39,165 nucleotides of DNA. Source: an uncultured Clostridia bacterium (GTDB taxonomy: Bacteria; Aerophobota; Aerophobia; Aerophobales; B3-G15). The notes under the pieces are model-generated. The model searched no databases. It was given only the letters and a program-made list of their open reading frames with translations, and was not told the origin of the DNA. Made by a program: the position numbers and the translations under genes. The stretch is from positions 1 to 39,165 of the forward strand of contig CAYZYX010000014.1 in NCBI GenBank assembly GCA_964482715.1. Reading direction: 5' to 3'. How positions within the stretch are numbered: the stretch's first letter is position 1; each line of letters begins with the position of its first letter. Below are positions 35,559-39,165 of this stretch, in pieces.

Positions 35559-37001
35559 ATGGATGAACTGGTAGCAAAGTTAAAGAGAAAAATCATCAGA
35601 CTGGAAAGAGTACTAACCAGATACAAACTGGAAGTGGAAAAACTCAGGGATTCTCAAAAGTGGCTTCGAACACTTTTTGAATATGCACCTGATCCTTTTT
35701 ATTTAAGTGATTTAAAGGGAAACTTTATTGATGGTAACCGAGCTGCAGAAAAAGTAACAGGCTATAAAGGAGAAGAGCTTATAGGAAAAAGCTTTTTAAA
35801 ACTTAACCTCATCTCCCCGGAAGAGATCCCAAAAGCAGCCTCTCTTTTAGCAAAAAATGCTCGTGGAAAGCCCACCGGGCCAGATGAGTTTAATTTAAAT
35901 CGCAAAGATGGGAAAAAAGTTGTTCTGGAGATAAGAACAGTCCCGGTAAAGGTTAAAGGCAAAACTGTAGTACTGGGGATAGCCCGAGATATTACTGAAA
36001 AAAAGAAGGCAGAAGAGATGCTGCGAGCATCAGAGAGAAAATACAGAATCCTTGCCGAGAATATTGCTGATATCCTGATTCAAATTGACCTTCAGGGAAA
36101 TCTTCTTTACATAAGCAAAAGTTTTGAAACAAAAACCGGTTACTTACAGCAGGAGGTTCAAGGCAAAAATATAAAAGATTTTCTCACTCCTGAATCTTAC
36201 AAAATAGCCATGCAAAGGATAAAAAAGTGGAAAGAGGGAGCAAAAAAATTGCCTCCCTATGAAATTCAGGTTATAGGTAAAGGCGGCAGAATAATCCCCT
36301 TTGAAATAAATACTTCTCCACTTATTGAGGAAGATAAACTAAAGGCCGTTCAGGTAATTGCAAGAGATATAACCGAACGCAAACAGGCAGAGAAACAGCT
36401 TCGAGAAAGTTATGAAAGGTTAGAAAGACTCCTCCAGGGAATAATAAGTGCACTTGTATCCATAGTTGAAATAAGAGACCCCTACACCGCAGGTCATCAA
36501 AAGAGGGTGGCTAAACTCTCACTTGCCATAGCAAAAGAGATGGGACTTGGAGAAGAAAGGATAAATACCCTTGAACTGGCAGCAACCATCCATGATATAG
36601 GCAAGGTAGATGTGCCTTTTGAGATATTAAGCAAGCCCGGCAGGTTAAACGAGGCAGAATTTACCATAGTTAAGTCCCACTCCCTGATAGGCTACAGCAT
36701 ATTAAAGGAGATAGATTTTCCCTGGCCCATTGCTGATATTATCCTCCAGCACCATGAAAGGCTTGATGGGTCAGGTTACCCTCAAGGTCTAAAAGATGAT
36801 GAGATCTTGCTTGAGGCAAGAATTTTAGCAGTAGCTGATGTAGTTGAAGCCATGTCTTCCCATCGCCCCTACCGGGAGGCTCCTGGTCTGGATGAGGCAC
36901 TCAGGGAAATCTCAAAAAATAAAGGTATTCTCTATGATCCCCAGGTTGTAGATGCCTGTATCAGGCTTTTTACCAGGAAAAACTTTAAGTTTGAGGATTA
37001 A
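35559..37001 (+). CDS. PAS-PAS-HD-GYP signalling protein
   Basis: Two PAS/PAC domains ending in RDITE, followed by HDIGK and HHERLDGSGYP. Start is ATG 35559 or TTG 35511. Confidence 0.93.
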   Translation: MDELVAKLKRKIIRLERVLTRYKLEVEKLRDSQKWLRTLFEYAPDPFYLSDLKGNFIDGNRAAEKVTGYKGEELIGKSFLKLNLISPEEIPKAASLLAKNARGKPTGPDEFNLNRKDGKKVVLEIRTVPVKVKGKTVVLGIARDITEKKKAEEMLRASERKYRILAENIADILIQIDLQGNLLYISKSFETKTGYLQQEVQGKNIKDFLTPESYKIAMQRIKKWKEGAKKLPPYEIQVIGKGGRIIPFEINTSPLIEEDKLKAVQVIARDITERKQAEKQLRESYERLERLLQGIISALVSIVEIRDPYTAGHQKRVAKLSLAIAKEMGLGEERINTLELAATIHDIGKVDVPFEILSKPGRLNEAEFTIVKSHSLIGYSILKEIDFPWPIADIILQHHERLDGSGYPQGLKDDEILLEARILAVADVVEAMSSHRPYREAPGLDEALREISKNKGILYDPQVVDACIRLFTRKNFKFED

Positions 37002-37034
37002 ATAGAACAATCTTAAATCTAAAGAGGGCTTAAA

Positions 37035-37764
37035 ATGAAGATTAAAATGGCAAATGTGTACATCAGGTTTTTCACTTTAGTTGTTCTTGGCCTTTCTCTT
37101 CTTGTTACACTCTCTCATTTTGCCCTCTTTCAGGTAAAGTATCCTGCTGAAATTGGCAGAGTTACAGCGGATATAATAGTCCTTGGCATAATAGTTATCA
37201 TGTTATTTGAAACTTATCATTTAAGCAGAACCTGGGAACATCCTTTTATCTGGATTAATCTGGGAATCCTTCTATTTTTTGTTGGATCCTTATTTGAACT
37301 TTTAGGTGAGTTTTTCATAAAACCAGGCTTTATAAAATACCTGGTGGAAAGTGGATCAAGGATATTTGCCTTTGGAGTTTTAGCCTGAGGATTTTCTCTC
37401 CCTTATCTATCTTAATATAGATAACTTCAAGAGGTATAACGAAGAAAAAGGGGTAACATCAGGAGATGCAGTTTTAAAGAAATTAGCCTCCCTTCTTGCT
37501 AAGAACTTAAGAAGTGGAGATCTTGTTTTCAGGTTCGGTGGGGATGAATTTATGATTCTTATTCCCATGGTAAGAGAAGAACTTGCCACAAGGATAGCTC
37601 ACAGAATAAGGGCTATGGTAGAAAATGAGTTAAAAAGTGATGGTATTACCGTGAGTTTTGCAGTTGCCACCTACCAAGAAGGCCAGGATATTCTTAAAAA
37701 ACTTGAAGAGGCAATGCAGAGAGCAAAGAAAGAAGGTAAAAACAGGGTTTGCCTCGCTAAATAA
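37035..37764 (+). pseudogene. Broken membrane-bound diguanylate cyclase gene
   Basis: The hydrophobic ORF 37035-37388 ends in TGA. Another frame from 37384 reads LSLIYLNIDNFKRYNEEKG..SGD.VL...R..DLVFRFGGDEF...KKEGKNRV, and the GGDEF N-terminal DxLTGLxNR segment is missing. Confidence 0.82.
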
Positions 37765-37825
37765 CTGTGTCTGAAAACATTTCAAGAGATTCTGTCAGGT
37801 AAGCAAAGCCTTAACAAGCAAGGCC

Positions 37826-37881
37826 TTGACAAAATTTTTCCTTACTTTACAATCAGGTAATACTAAAATATAAAGTAAGGA
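37826..37881 (+). promoter_or_regulatory. vapBC promoter and inverted-repeat operator
   Basis: TTGACA-N16-TACAAT, plus the 11-bp inverted repeat TCCTTACTTTA (37839-37849) / TAAAGTAAGGA (37871-37881). Confidence 0.8.
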
Positions 37882-37888
37882 GATTGTA

Positions 37889-38146
37889 ATGAGAGTAACC
37901 AACATGGCTACTTTAACTAAAAAAGGACAAATAACCATTCCTAAAAGAATAAGAGAGTATTTAGGAATAAAGCCTAAAGACAGAGTTGAATTTGAAATTA
38001 AAGAAGGCGAAGTCAGGATAAAACCTGCTTCTAACTTAGAGGCGAATTTCGGGAAAGTTAAGCCAAAAAGAAAACCGGAGGATTTTAAAGCTCAAAGGAA
38101 GTTTTTTGAGAAAAAAGCAGGAGAAGAGACAGCAAGGGAAGTTTAA
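37889..38146 (+). CDS. vapB: AbrB/MazE/SpoVT-family antitoxin
   Basis: ATLTKKGQITIPKRIREYLGI...D.VEF motif; lies upstream of a PIN gene. Confidence 0.92.
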   Translation: MRVTNMATLTKKGQITIPKRIREYLGIKPKDRVEFEIKEGEVRIKPASNLEANFGKVKPKRKPEDFKAQRKFFEKKAGEETAREV

Positions 38147-38149
38147 ACC

Positions 38150-38551
38150 ATGCGTTTTATTGACACCAATCTTTTACTTCGTTACTTTACCCGGGATGAT
38201 GAAGAGAAAGCCCAAAAAGTTCTGGCTCTTTTAAAAAGGGTGGAGAAAGCGGAAGAGAAAGTTACTATCTCTTCCCTTGTTATCTTTGAGACAGTTTTTA
38301 CCTTGGAGAGCTTCTATAAAGTGCCCAAAAAGGAAATAAAAGAGCTAATACTTCCCATCCTTAACTTAAGAGGATTAAAACTTCCCGATAAAGAAACATA
38401 TCATCAAGCACTTGATATTTATGCAAATAAGAATGTCTCCTTTACCGATGCTTTTAACACTGCCTTCTGTCTTAGAAAGGGGATAAAAGAAATTTACAGC
38501 TATGATGAGGATTTTGACAAGATAGAGGGAATTAAAAGAATAACTCCTTGA
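38150..38551 (+). CDS. vapC: PIN-domain toxin
   Basis: FIDTN, VIFE, FTDA and YSYDEDFD acidic PIN residues. Confidence 0.93.
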   Translation: MRFIDTNLLLRYFTRDDEEKAQKVLALLKRVEKAEEKVTISSLVIFETVFTLESFYKVPKKEIKELILPILNLRGLKLPDKETYHQALDIYANKNVSFTDAFNTAFCLRKGIKEIYSYDEDFDKIEGIKRITP

Positions 38552-38666
38552 CAAAATTTTATTTGGTATTAAAGATATAAATAGAGTTCTTTTACAAAAA
38601 AGACAAAAAAGGAAAATGTAAGGAGTCGTTTATCGACTTTAGGGTTTTTAGGGTTTACCAAAAAAT

Positions 38667-38736
38667 GGGGCCCTACCGGCCTCAAGATAGTGCCTCTCGT
38701 GGCTACTACTTGGGGCTGGTAGGGCCTTTTTTATTT
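38667..38736 (+). terminator. Long GC-rich hairpin with a U tract (terminator-like or structured leader RNA)
   Basis: GGCCCTACCGGCCTCAAG pairs with CTTGGGGCTGGTAGGGCC (18 bp, 2 G-U). There is an inner TAGT-GCC/GGC-T-ACTA stem, followed by TTTTTTATTT. Confidence 0.7.
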
Positions 38737-38738
38737 GC

Positions 38739-39104
38739 ATGGAAGGCTATTTAGCAATGAAAAATATAAATCCAGAAACTTTACAAAAAATATCACTTAT
38801 TGATTGGATTTCTATTTTACTCAAATACTCCAAGGGAAAAATCGTTTCCCGGGAGTTCAGATTGAAAAAACGAGGAGAAAGAATAGAACTCGCAACAAGA
38901 AACGGAAATTTTTTACCCGGATGGCAGGGATATATTATCCCAAAGAAAGACCCCGTAATACATCTTACAAGGGTGGATGGACATAGTGTGTCTCTGGATG
39001 TACCCCTGCCATCGCCTGATTCTTCCAGAGATACTTTCGTAACCAAAGAAACTCCCGTGGGAAAGATCATGGTCTTGTTTACTAAATCTCTTACCGAATT
39101 TTAA
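38739..39104 (+). CDS. Hypothetical protein
   Basis: 121-aa ORF (or starting at ATG 38757); no motif recognised. Confidence 0.55.
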   Translation: MEGYLAMKNINPETLQKISLIDWISILLKYSKGKIVSREFRLKKRGERIELATRNGNFLPGWQGYIIPKKDPVIHLTRVDGHSVSLDVPLPSPDSSRDTFVTKETPVGKIMVLFTKSLTEF

Positions 39105-39114
39105 GATAAACAAA

Positions 39115-39165
39115 ATGAAAAAGTGGCTTAGGTTGATAGGTGGTGTGATAGGAGTTGTGGCGGGT
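39115..39165 (+). CDS. Start of a probable secreted or membrane protein, cut by the window edge
   Basis: MKKWLRLIGGVIGVVAG: basic N-terminus followed by a hydrophobic stretch. Confidence 0.45.
   Translation, partial: MKKWLRLIGGVIGVVAG

Larger units (their letters stand above)
37824..38560. repeat. 15-bp direct repeats CCTTGACAAAATTTT bracketing the vapBC module
   Basis: Identical copies at 37824-37838 and 38546-38560. Confidence 0.8.

Noticed and set aside
31477-37388. Possible stop-codon reassignment (TGA at Trp-like positions 31477-31479 and 37386-37388; TAG at 34265-34267)
   Set aside because: TGA and TAG end intact conserved genes here (flgI, thi4 and vapC with TGA; flgL and ispE with TAG). 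The two TGA cases lie in genes that are also broken by deletions, so single nonsense mutations are the simpler explanation.
1-39165. CRISPR array, tRNA/rRNA, transposase, integrase or prophage genes
   Set aside because: No regularly spaced repeats, cloverleaf-like sequences or mobile-element ORFs were seen by eye.

Overview
This is a bacterial chromosomal window, AT-rich, from a flagellated diderm that is probably anaerobic; the taxon cannot be fixed from sequence alone. Positions 263-17143 (minus strand) hold a flagellar late-gene cluster: REC-REC regulator, cheY-like gene, flgM, flgF-G-A-H-I-J-N-K-L, fliC, a giant 1072-aa fliD, fliS, a hypothetical gene and maf. The cluster has two near-consensus sigma28 promoters and one sigma54 promoter. 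Positions 17.2-30.8 kb are mostly housekeeping: leuB, a YprB-like nuclease, queH-obgE-proB, era, spoVG, ispE and nrdJ. This stretch also has an apparent sulfur/Fe-S operon (Rrf2 regulator, NIL-ferredoxin, CxxC-type mnmA, His-type thi4) divergent from lipB, with no cysteine desulfurase in the window. Positions 30.8-39.2 kb are accessory: YkgJ and patatin genes, a perfect sigma70 promoter with a ~360-nt leader, an unannotated DUF2292-like small gene, an interrupted pilin-like gene, two paralogous HD-GYP genes, a broken GGDEF gene, a vapBC module flanked by 15-bp direct repeats and a long RNA hairpin. Five 'telescoped' pseudogenes, in which distant parts of a gene appear joined by internal deletions, are scattered through the spacers. 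No rRNA, tRNA, CRISPR array or transposase was seen. All family assignments come from motif recognition by eye, not from database searches.
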